Positions 47,504 to 55,015 of a stretch of 64,000 bases of DNA are shown here, piece after piece. The position numbers were made by a program, and so were the translations under genes. How positions within the stretch are numbered: the stretch's first letter is position 1; every line of letters starts with the position of its first letter. The notes beneath the pieces were generated by a model. The model did no database searches, was not told the origin of the DNA, and was given only the letters and a program-made list of their open reading frames with translations. The stretch lies in sequence record PQ015378.1; one strand, given 5' to 3'.

Positions 47504-47572
47504 TTTGGTGATTCCATTGACAAGGCGAGATTGCCCGCTGCATTCTCTTTTAATAGTCAATGGTCAGTCCTG

Positions 47573-47600
47573 TATACTGTATCGCCACCAGTATTTTATT
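47573..47600 (-). promoter_or_regulatory. middle-type promoter
   Basis: AATAAAATACT-N8-TACAGTATA. Confidence 0.7.
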
Positions 47601-47602
47601 AC

Positions 47603-47632
47603 GGCATAGAGCCTCCCGAAGGGAGGCTCTAT
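47603..47632 (-). terminator. hairpin terminator closing the ncRNA cassette
   Basis: ATAGAGCCTCCC-TTCG-GGAGGCTCTAT. Confidence 0.8.
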
Positions 47633-47886
47633 TAATAGTGTTATGCATGCCTTTCAAGGTCGGCCAACTACACCCCCAGAAACCAGAGGTCATGTTCAGC
47701 ATGCCGCCGCAGCGCTAATCAATTCAGAATCGTCCCGATGCGAATCCGCACCATCTGGGGACGACCTCAAAAGAAGAGCTAACCACGTTCCGATCGTGCG
47801 CCGAGTCAAGGCTGGCACGAACTGTGGTATAGAGATTGACAGTCTCTGTTATATGTCGCTCTACGAAACCACTAAGCGTAGGCCTT
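47633..47886 (-). ncRNA. stand-alone ~250-nt structured RNA with a tRNA-Asp anticodon-loop mimic
   Basis: own promoter and terminator; no - strand ORF of 60 aa or more; many helices including AGAGA-CTGTCAA-TCTCT. Confidence 0.65.
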
Positions 47887-47887
47887 A

Positions 47888-47917
47888 CATACTATCATGA
47901 TGACAGTAATTTATTTC
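47888..47917 (-). promoter_or_regulatory. middle-type promoter overlapping the radical SAM gene stop
   Basis: GAAATAAATTACT-N8-GATAGTATG. Confidence 0.75.
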
Positions 47918-48804
47918 AGGAACGTTCCACAGCTAGCTTGAACGTCAGTGCCCACGCGTGGGATCACTTTCACCCGAGCGTCGGGCAAACGAGAACGGAT
48001 GTATCCAGCCAGGTATTGGATATGTCCTTCAACCGGTTCTTTCGAGTAATGTCCCACTGGTGGGTTGTAACGAACGATGTTCCAGTTGACATCGACAGCG
48101 TATTCCTTGATCGCATCAACAACACGCTTTACATCACCCAGGGAATCATTCTCCCCGTCAATGAATGCGTAATGGATCTTTGGCTTCTTACCAGTAGCTT
48201 GCTGCCATTCGAACAACTTATCCAAACCAGCTTCCGGGTTCAGGGCTTTAGGGAGCCACCGTTTGCGGAACTTTGGATTCATGCTGTAGATTGAGTAATA
48301 GATCTCTGGGTACACTGCGGGGTTCTTGAAGATCTGGTAGAACTCGATGCCCGTTACCTCATGTGGAATGATCGTCGATATCAGGAACTTGTATTCCAGT
48401 CCGTGTGACATCGCTAGGTCAGCGAGGCGTTCCAGTACTTCGTCTGCGTTGTCCAAGAAGATCTTATTAGCCAGTGGCTCGCCACGGGCCATGAAGTTGA
48501 AGTGAACCATCTTCGCAGGGACGCCACCTTTACGACATTGCTCAGCGTAGTACTGCATGACTTGTCCAGCTTGTTGTAGATATTCGTCAACGGTAACATC
48601 ACGTGCTTTGTTCTGACCTGTGGCAGTCAGCCAACACATCCGGCATGCTTTCTCGCAACCGGTCTGTGAAGACAGGTAAATGATGAAGTAATCGTCAACC
48701 CGGCGAACGAAACGTGCCTCGATCATCCCGTCGTCTACACGACATTCGAAGTTAACTGATTGGTCGAGTTGGGAATGATGCTCTTTGAAGATTAGTTGCG
48801 ACAT
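47911..48804 (-). CDS. RlmN/Cfr-like radical SAM protein
   Basis: SSQTGCEKACRMC (CxxxCxxC), MARGEPL, NIVRYN, GTDVQASCG (counterpart of RlmN GxDIxAACG). Confidence 0.85.
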   Translation of the reverse strand: MSQLIFKEHHSQLDQSVNFECRVDDGMIEARFVRRVDDYFIIYLSSQTGCEKACRMCWLTATGQNKARDVTVDEYLQQAGQVMQYYAEQCRKGGVPAKMVHFNFMARGEPLANKIFLDNADEVLERLADLAMSHGLEYKFLISTIIPHEVTGIEFYQIFKNPAVYPEIYYSIYSMNPKFRKRWLPKALNPEAGLDKLFEWQQATGKKPKIHYAFIDGENDSLGDVKRVVDAIKEYAVDVNWNIVRYNPPVGHYSKEPVEGHIQYLAGYIRSRLPDARVKVIPRVGTDVQASCGTFLK

Positions 48805-48828
48805 GGTAAACCTCTTTTAGGATTGAAG

Positions 48829-48854
48829 GCATAAAGGTCATCCGAAGATGACCC
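48829..48854 (-). terminator. terminator of tRNA operon 1
   Basis: GGTCATC-TTCG-GATGACC-TTTATGCC. Confidence 0.8.
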
Positions 48855-48864
48855 AATGCATGTA

Positions 48865-48940
48865 TGGTGCCGCCAACAAGGATCGAACTCGTGACCTTCT
48901 CATTACAAGTGAGCTGCTCTACCGACTGAGCTATAGCGGC
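48865..48940 (-). tRNA. tRNA-Thr(TGT)
   Basis: 76-nt cloverleaf, loop CTTGTAA, encoded CCA. Confidence 0.95.
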
Positions 48941-49028
48941 TGGAGCTGAGAGCTGGATTCGAACCAGCGCGTGCGTTTGAGCAAAAGGATTTGCAATCCC
49001 CTACATTCGTCCACTCTGCCATCTCAGC
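48941..49028 (-). tRNA. tRNA-Cys(GCA) with long variable arm
   Basis: 88 nt; loop TTGCAAA, U73 discriminator, CCA; variable hairpin TGC-TCAAAC-GCA. Confidence 0.85.
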
Positions 49029-49036
49029 GAATATAA

Positions 49037-49110
49037 AGGAACAGGATCGTCCAGGGTAGCTACACCCCCAACCCACTTGTGACCGAAACTAACTCGGACA
49101 ACCTGTTCCT
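49037..49110 (-). ncRNA. structured spacer RNA within the tRNA operon
   Basis: AGGAACAGG-TTGTCC ... GGACGA-T-CCTGTTCCT closing helix with internal hairpins. Confidence 0.45.
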
Positions 49111-49115
49111 ATGTT

Positions 49116-49203
<88 letters not shown>

Positions 49204-49209
49204 TGAAAT

Positions 49210-49295
49210 TGGTGGGGATGGAGGGACTCGAACCCACACGGTCTAAGACCGCTGGAACCTAAATCCAGTGCGTCTACCAATTTCGCCACATCCCC
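49210..49295 (-). tRNA. tRNA-Leu(TAG)
   Basis: class II cloverleaf, loop TTTAGGT, CCA. Confidence 0.95.
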
Positions 49296-49299
49296 GTCG

Positions 49300-49328
49300 T
49301 ATATCATTACGCGGGGAGTATTTCTTTA
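49300..49328 (-). promoter_or_regulatory. middle-type promoter of tRNA operon 1
   Basis: TAAAGAAATACT-N8-AATGATATA, beginning at the upstream stop codon. Confidence 0.75.
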
Positions 49329-51308
49329 CGCGTCCCCTAGAAGCTCCAACACTGGGCGCCAGACGTTCATTTGGTTCTGGGTTGCTCGACTCACGATCTG
49401 TAGAGACATCCACTGATCCATGGCACCAGGGAAGATACCATTGTTACCGTTACGCATGACGCATTCTGTTGGACTAACTGCTTCCTGACAGATGATTCGC
49501 TGATACGGCGAACCCCCTCCACGTTCTGGCTGTAACCCTAGCTCTAGCAGTGTGAAGTCGGCAAACTTAAGTCCCATGTCGGTGACCGGGGCCGAGTTCG
49601 TCAGACGATAAATGATCCGGTTAAACTCCGACCTGTCGGCACTTGTTGTTGGGAATTCCTCAGGTACCGGCGTAGTTCCTGGATTGGTACCGGTCATTAG
49701 TCGGACATGGAAGCGCTTGCCAAATTTCTCAACGACCTTTGGTGTTGTTTCATTACCGATCACTCCCAGACCGAACAAGTGGTCGTATGGTAGACCCCAA
49801 CGAATTGGCAGTTTGGGCATGTAGATGATTTTACCGTCCAGAATCACTTTTACCCAATCGGTATTATTATTGATTGTGAAACCACTGGTCTCTGTCTTAA
49901 CAGCGATAGCTAGCTCATCCCCAGTGAAGAACTCATCCGCCGTTAGCGTACCATAGTACCCATCAGTTTCATCGCCAACTATGATGTCTTTCGGGCCTGG
50001 GCCATCGACTGGCGCAGCTTTCTCGAATTCCAAGACCGGACGCCACCCATAGTGGGTAATCACGTTGATTGCTGGAGGGTTGAAGTCAGGATAGTTGAAG
50101 TTCTTAAGTCCCGAGTTAGAGCGAGCCACGCATGAGCCGCTCAATGCCGACGCCGCAAACTTCTCTTTACAGATAGTCATCCGTCCGTTGGCACCAGCCT
50201 GGATACCTAGGTCAGTATCTGTAAACTTCTCAAATTGCCCGCTGGATTCATGTACCTTGTACAACGTTCGGTTGTATTCGGATGCCGCCACGATACCAGG
50301 ATCATTCTGACCATATGCCGCGATCCATTCAGAAGGATTCTTCTCTGCTCCTTCCATCAAGCGAATTCGATAAGTATCCCCATTCGCAATAACCACTTTG
50401 GTTGAACCATCGATAGCACCAGCGTCTTCCAGCATCTGCCATGTGACGTTATAACGGACTGGTTTCTTCGCAACGAGGATAGTTCTTCCTTTAACTACAA
50501 ACTTCAACCACTCGGTAGGTCGAGCAATGTTGTTCCCTTTCGTTAGGCCCAACTGTGCAGCAAGACTGGTTCCCGAGATAACCTCTGCTTCAGAAAGAGT
50601 CCCCAGGTATTCATCACCAGTGATTGGATCGAAGTTCGAAGTATACACTGGTCCCTCATATACTCGAAGGTCTGCAATCTTCCCGACGAATGGTGTGTTG
50701 CCCGTGGGGTTCGGTTGGGCAGAACCATTGAGATACGTTCCCAAGAACCAGTCAATGCTTAGCTGCGCGCGTGAACCAGCGTATTGCGTAGTCCCAACTT
50801 GTCGTCCGTTGATATACTGGATCCACGTTGTGCCAGTTCTCACCCAGGCGACGTGTTGCCACGCGTTGACAGAGTAAACTTGGTTAGATAACAATGCTCC
50901 GTTTTCACTCGCTGCCCCGAAGTGGAATTGACAGGCATTACCCGCTGCGATAGCACACAGTATTCCGCCTTGGAATACTGATTGTTGCCACTGGCCGAAG
51001 ATACTGCGGTTCCCTTGGTTGGTTTCAACCTTAGCCCAATACTCAATCGTGAAGCTTCCTTCGAGTAAGTTCGGCATGCGTCCAAATGGTAACCTTAGGT
51101 ATTTGTATGCACCCCCAGTAAACTGCATGGACTTCATCCCAACTAGAGGTGCATCATCACTAACGGTAACGCCCATATTGGTTACAGGAACAAGGCGTTC
51201 CGATTTGTCTACGATATTTGTACTGCCGACTTGTTCATCTGAAGGATCGAGCCAAAGAACAGGTTTATACACCCTCCGACCCAAGACGTTAAGCAAAAGT
51301 TCATTCAT
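49326..51308 (-). CDS. putative virion protein: MNELLL peptide, LamG/ConA-like domain and two paralogous domains
   Basis: FTIEYW, WQHVAWVRTG...YINGRQV, GKIADLRVY (LamG); repeated W.K...G......K.P.R...VRLM.G...WRPVLE domain. Confidence 0.8.
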   Translation of the reverse strand: MNELLLNVLGRRVYKPVLWLDPSDEQVGSTNIVDKSERLVPVTNMGVTVSDDAPLVGMKSMQFTGGAYKYLRLPFGRMPNLLEGSFTIEYWAKVETNQGNRSIFGQWQQSVFQGGILCAIAAGNACQFHFGAASENGALLSNQVYSVNAWQHVAWVRTGTTWIQYINGRQVGTTQYAGSRAQLSIDWFLGTYLNGSAQPNPTGNTPFVGKIADLRVYEGPVYTSNFDPITGDEYLGTLSEAEVISGTSLAAQLGLTKGNNIARPTEWLKFVVKGRTILVAKKPVRYNVTWQMLEDAGAIDGSTKVVIANGDTYRIRLMEGAEKNPSEWIAAYGQNDPGIVAASEYNRTLYKVHESSGQFEKFTDTDLGIQAGANGRMTICKEKFAASALSGSCVARSNSGLKNFNYPDFNPPAINVITHYGWRPVLEFEKAAPVDGPGPKDIIVGDETDGYYGTLTADEFFTGDELAIAVKTETSGFTINNNTDWVKVILDGKIIYMPKLPIRWGLPYDHLFGLGVIGNETTPKVVEKFGKRFHVRLMTGTNPGTTPVPEEFPTTSADRSEFNRIIYRLTNSAPVTDMGLKFADFTLLELGLQPERGGGSPYQRIICQEAVSPTECVMRNGNNGIFPGAMDQWMSLQIVSRATQNQMNVWRPVLELLGDA

Positions 51309-51339
51309 GATAGTTTCTCCTGTAAACATACCATAACAG

Positions 51340-51363
51340 CATAAAACCCAGCCTAGGCTGGGC
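51340..51363 (-). terminator. terminator of tRNA operon 2
   Basis: CCCAGC-CTAG-GCTGGG-TTTTATGC. Confidence 0.75.
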
Positions 51364-51374
51364 GATATGTTGTT

Positions 51375-51461
51375 TGGTACCGGAAGCGAGATTCGAACTC
51401 GCAATCCTCAAGGGCGGGAGGGCTTAAAGCTCCAGTGTATAGCCAATTCCACCATTCCGGC
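51375..51461 (-). tRNA. tRNA-Leu(TAA)
   Basis: class II cloverleaf resembling leuZ-type; loop TTTAAGC; C31-C39 mismatch; CCA. Confidence 0.85.
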
Positions 51462-51464
51462 AAT

Positions 51465-52310
51465 GTCGGTCCAACTTCCAGGATTGAAGGCCCCAGTCTC
51501 CCGTAGATCATCGTGGGGATAGATCGCGGTTGGATCGCTTTTCATCCTAGTCTGTAGCAACCCCTGACGGCTTTCGCTAGAGGGGAAACCCGGAGACTAG
51601 GTCTATCTATCTAACTCACCTCTAAGCAGCTTCAGGATGCGATGGAGGGTAAGTATTCAGGAATAGGTGCATATCAGGCAACCCCACCGGGTACGCCCAT
51701 ATGCGCGTGGGAAACGCCCTTCCCAATTGGAGCTATGACCACCCGAAGGCTCACTGCTAAGCATGGCCCAGGAGTCCCTTTACGGGGGATGACCTGGGGG
51801 AGCTTCACGTGACGGGACTGTCACCTTCTATGGCGCTGTATTCCAGCAGCTTCACGTAAGCCCAGTGACGGAATCTACTAATCCGTTGTAGCCACCTTAT
51901 CTCGCTTCGGTGGTAATGCGCGTGTCTTAAACCGGGATCATCCAAGACGCTTTAGACAATTGCTCAGGGTACGGGACTCGCCTTCCCATGCTAGTCGCTG
52001 GCTATGATCATTCCAGCAACCGTCGTAGGGTTCGATAGTCTCGTTAGCATGCAGGCTTTGCCCTAGGTAGTTGGGACATCGCTAACGAACTTGCCCACGC
52101 TTTTGATCGCGAGGGACTCTCCACCGCTAGCTGCGATGGGTTTGTAAGAGGTTGATGGAACGATCCTCTACCGTCATCTATTCGGACTCCGGCGACCTTT
52201 TCAGCGCAGTGGGGTGGAGTGCACTTACCCAACACCCTGCCATGGCTCTTACGAACTAGGTTGCCCAAGGCGGGTTAGGCCAGGGGACTTGCAGACCTAA
52301 GTCTGTATGG
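51465..52310 (-). ncRNA. giant (~850 nt) structured non-coding RNA, GOLLD/ROOL-like context
   Basis: no credible ORF; more than 15 helices read by eye; co-transcribed between tRNA-Ser and tRNA-Leu. Confidence 0.75.
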
Positions 52311-52313
52311 AAC

Positions 52314-52403
52314 TGGAGGCAAGACTGGGATTTGAACCCAGGGGGCCTTCGAAGGCCCGTCCCCTTAGCAAGGGGATGTGTTAAACCACTCCACCATCTT
52401 GCC
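52314..52403 (-). tRNA. tRNA-Ser(GCT)
   Basis: class II cloverleaf, loop TTGCTAA, CCA. Confidence 0.93.
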
Positions 52404-52408
52404 GAAAC

Positions 52409-52484
52409 TGGCGGGCTAGACTGGACTCGAACCAATAACACGTGGCTTTGGAGGCCACTGTTCTGCCAATTGAACTACTAACCC
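52409..52484 (-). tRNA. tRNA-Trp(CCA)
   Basis: 76 nt, loop CTCCAAA, G73, CCA. Confidence 0.93.
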
Positions 52485-52503
52485 GATGAGGCGTAACCTC
52501 TCG

Positions 52504-52533
52504 TATACTATTACCCTCGGAGTATTTTATTTC
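52504..52533 (-). promoter_or_regulatory. middle-type promoter of tRNA operon 2
   Basis: GAAATAAAATACT-N8-AATAGTATA immediately after a stop codon. Confidence 0.8.
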
Positions 52534-53274
52534 TCAGAATGGTTCTGGCAGGAAGTTGGTCGCATACTTCAGGTAATTACACATGCGTAGATTACCATAG
52601 AATCGAGGTACGTTGTTTGCATATGCCGTCCACCCTCCGAGATGGAGTGTATTGAGGTTATCCAGGTTGGCAGGTGATTTCACTTGCATGTGGTCAAGAA
52701 CAGGTTGGTTGGTCGATGACGAAAGGTATAGCTGTATATTTTGCTTTACCCCATTAAACCAGTATCTGATCTTTCCATCTTTGGTGCATGTGATTGCATG
52801 GTGCGTTAGTCTTCGCCCATAGTTACTTGCTCTAAGCATGACCCTCCCTTCATTACGGGTAGCATCATTACCGGTGCTCGCTTCGCACAACAGCGGCCAG
52901 CCGCCATAACCAGCGTCACCAATCCGCATCATTACCCCGTAGAGACCATTAGCATTGGAAAGATACAGCATGTTTGTCCAGACGTTTACATCCCCAACGA
53001 TCTCATCCCACCATTCGATGGTCCATGACGTACCACCTAAGTTGATTACCGGGTTTAGGTTCATCAGGAAGTGTGAGTATACACTAGGGCAGCTCAGACT
53101 ACCTTTCCCATTGACGAGATGATCTTTTGTGAACACTGCACCGCCAGATAGCTGGATTGGTCGGTCATTAATGGTTTCCTTCCCTTGGTCCATATCCAGG
53201 AAAAAGATAACATCCCCAGTTTCTGGTGGCTCTGGGTTAACCCACGTGGGTGTCCCTAATAGTAATTCATTCAT
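52534..53274 (-). CDS. MNELLL plus LamG/ConA-like putative virion protein
   Basis: WTIEWW, HHAITC...YWFNGVK, FYGNLRMC. Confidence 0.8.
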   Translation of the reverse strand: MNELLLGTPTWVNPEPPETGDVIFFLDMDQGKETINDRPIQLSGGAVFTKDHLVNGKGSLSCPSVYSHFLMNLNPVINLGGTSWTIEWWDEIVGDVNVWTNMLYLSNANGLYGVMMRIGDAGYGGWPLLCEASTGNDATRNEGRVMLRASNYGRRLTHHAITCTKDGKIRYWFNGVKQNIQLYLSSSTNQPVLDHMQVKSPANLDNLNTLHLGGWTAYANNVPRFYGNLRMCNYLKYATNFLPEPF

Positions 53275-53990
53275 CAGTCAAGTTCCAGTGGTTTGATTGT
53301 GTAGTTTCGCGTATAGCGCGCGCCGAGGCTCAGGCGAATACGCCCACGGTTTCCTAATTGGTTGATCATGCCCGAACCAGAACTATTGATCTGCATATAG
53401 GCTAGAGACGATAGATTCGCACCCACCGGGTAATTCGGTGTGTTGTAAACACCACCAGTTCCGTTTGCCAACATCTGTAGGACACCATTTCTGAATACCG
53501 ATACACGACCATTCTTACAGGACAGTGCCATATTGGTATCAACGTTCAAGGATGCTGCTTTTGAGATAGGTGGGTTCCAGATAGAGTTCACTGCACCCAT
53601 CGACCCACCGACTTGTAATCGATTACCGAAACCAGTATCTCCCCAACGCGATAGGATCCCTTGGCCAGCTACGGCAGAAGGCAATGTCAGTTCCGTAGCA
53701 TATGCCGTTCCAGCAGAGACCGTGTTTCGAAAAGACCATTCTAATGTCCAGTCTTTATCCTGCAAGTTGAAAGGTGTTGCAAAAGTGATCTGCATACCAG
53801 ACACGTTGGTGCCCAATTTCAAAGTCTTATGTCCATTGATTTCCAAATCGTCGGGTGTTACCGTACCGTATTTGGTGTATGTATGGACTACACCCATCAG
53901 GTCAGACTCTGTCTCTGGGTCATAGAGAAAGATAGTCGTTCCTTCGTCTTCCTGGAACTCTTCTCCAGTTGCTAAAAGTAATTCATTCAT
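53274..53990 (-). CDS. MNELLL plus LamG/ConA-like putative virion protein (paralog of the previous)
   Basis: WTLEWS, RWGDTGFGNRL vs RIGDAGYGGWP, ALSCKNG..SVFRNGV, ARYTRNY. Confidence 0.8.
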   Translation of the reverse strand: MNELLLATGEEFQEDEGTTIFLYDPETESDLMGVVHTYTKYGTVTPDDLEINGHKTLKLGTNVSGMQITFATPFNLQDKDWTLEWSFRNTVSAGTAYATELTLPSAVAGQGILSRWGDTGFGNRLQVGGSMGAVNSIWNPPISKAASLNVDTNMALSCKNGRVSVFRNGVLQMLANGTGGVYNTPNYPVGANLSSLAYMQINSSGSGMINQLGNRGRIRLSLGARYTRNYTIKPLELD

Positions 53991-54024
53991 GGTCGTCACC
54001 ATTTACCTGTATACAAAGGATAAC

Positions 54025-54047
54025 GGCATAAAGGAGCCGAAGCTCCT
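54025..54047 (-). terminator. hairpin terminator
   Basis: GGAGC-TTCG-GCTCC-TTTATGCC. Confidence 0.75.
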
Positions 54048-54243
54048 AAGGGTTTCGAATACCGTAGTCAATCACCCGGTTGAGTTGTTCTTGTGTTGGG
54101 ATACGTTGACGATGTCGTTCAGCACATTCCATATCGAACTCCGCCACACGCTTACGAGATTCTTCAATCCGTTGTGCTCTTTCCTCAGGGGTCTGATTAG
54201 GTAACATGTTGTTAGCCAGGTCGATCAAAGCTTTCAGACTCAT
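54046..54243 (-). CDS. small helical paralog 4
   Basis: C-terminus RQRIPTQEQLNRVIDY; ATGA coupling. Confidence 0.7.
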   Translation of the reverse strand: MSLKALIDLANNMLPNQTPEERAQRIEESRKRVAEFDMECAERHRQRIPTQEQLNRVIDYGIRNP

Positions 54244-54407
54244 AGCGAAATCACCCGCTCTAATAGTTCTCGGGAAACTTCCTGGGCTTTGAATTCACGG
54301 CCCAGACGTTCATTGGTTTGACGCATTCGATCTTGTGCAGCTTGCAAACTGGAAGCATGGGTTCCATTACGGGTACGTGCTTCCTCTATCAGTTTCTCTA
54401 GGGTCAT
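54240..54407 (-). CDS. small helical paralog 3 (55 aa, not in the ORF track)
   Basis: read manually: MTLEKLIEEARTRNGTHASSLQAAQDRMRQTNERLGREFKAQEVSRELLERVISL. Confidence 0.7.
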   Translation of the reverse strand: MTLEKLIEEARTRNGTHASSLQAAQDRMRQTNERLGREFKAQEVSRELLERVISL

Positions 54408-54414
54408 GATTCAC

Positions 54415-54594
54415 CTAACAACGTTCGTCCCAGTTCTTCTGGACATCGGATGGAATGGGAATACCATGTCGGTCTTGATCTTCCCAGGCTTGGAACATAG
54501 CGACCTTAGCCTCGTATCGCTCACGATCTTTACGATCCTCTTCCTGACGCCATTTGTGGAAGTCGAATGAGGGCGGTTCGATTAGAGGGTACAT
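54415..54594 (-). CDS. 59-aa charged protein (not in the ORF track)
   Basis: read manually: MYPLIEPPSFDFHKWRQEEDRKDRERYEAK...DERC. Confidence 0.55.
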   Translation of the reverse strand: MYPLIEPPSFDFHKWRQEEDRKDRERYEAKVAMFQAWEDQDRHGIPIPSDVQKNWDERC

Positions 54595-54755
54595 GTTTTG
54601 GCCAACAGTTCTGGAGTTACTCGTTGGGCTTCGAAATCAGCTTCGGCTTTACGATTGAACTCGATGGATCTTTCACGGGCGGCCTTTAGTCTAATAGCTT
54701 TGGTGGCACCCATTCGTTTACGAGCAGCGTTACAGAGTTCCTCCAGTCCACTCAT
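54582..54755 (-). CDS. small helical paralog 2
   Basis: MSGLEELCNAARKR...AQRVTPELLAKTCTL. Confidence 0.7.
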   Translation of the reverse strand: MSGLEELCNAARKRMGATKAIRLKAARERSIEFNRKAEADFEAQRVTPELLAKTCTL

Positions 54756-54937
54756 AACGTACACCGTTTCTCTAAGACCTCGGGGGTCATGCGCTGTGCT
54801 TTCATTTGCGCTTCGAGTTGTCCGTTCAGTGCGACCATGCGCCCACGCCCATATGAACGGAATTGTTCTTCAGTCATACCACGTTGTTTCGCTGCTCTAC
54901 CACGTAAGCGGTCTATCAATCCAGCTGAAAGAGCCAT
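54752..54937 (-). CDS. small helical paralog 1
   Basis: GAGGA RBS; ...AQRMTPEVLEKRCTL. Confidence 0.7.
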   Translation of the reverse strand: MALSAGLIDRLRGRAAKQRGMTEEQFRSYGRGRMVALNGQLEAQMKAQRMTPEVLEKRCTL

Positions 54938-54988
54938 GTTAGTTCCTCACGGTATTTGTACTATAAATCTAAGTACCCAGTAATATCC

Positions 54989-55015
54989 GGCATAAAGGGG
55001 GAACCCCCTTATGTC
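54989..55015. terminator. hairpin terminator
   Basis: CATAAAGGGGG-AA-CCCCCTTATG. Confidence 0.65.

Noticed and set aside
47633-47886. Group I intron (CAGAGACTG resembles the R element)
   Set aside because: No room for P4-P6 upstream, only a weak S element, and the RNA is not inside a gene.
47643-47900. 85-aa + strand ORF over the 250-nt RNA
   Set aside because: Opposite to local transcription, no RBS, low-complexity translation.
49037-49115. Theta/HDV-like ribozyme 3' of tRNA-Ser
   Set aside because: Folds as a simple closed helix, not a nested double pseudoknot, and the tRNA already encodes CCA.
51415-51440. Reading tRNA-Leu(TAA) as an ochre suppressor (loop CTTTAAG, anticodon TTA)
   Set aside because: That register breaks the anticodon stem. 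The TAA register gives 4 bp plus one mismatch, G37 and a Leu-type body.
52044-52268. 74-aa ORF inside the giant RNA
   Set aside because: No RBS, atypical composition and codons; overlaps dense helices.
51465-52310. tmRNA, RNase P or group I/II intron identity for the giant RNA
   Set aside because: No GGGG...UCCACCA tRNA-like ends, no GAGGAAAGUCC P4 motif, no convincing P7 or domain V, and the flanking tRNAs are intact. Needs cmscan to exclude formally.
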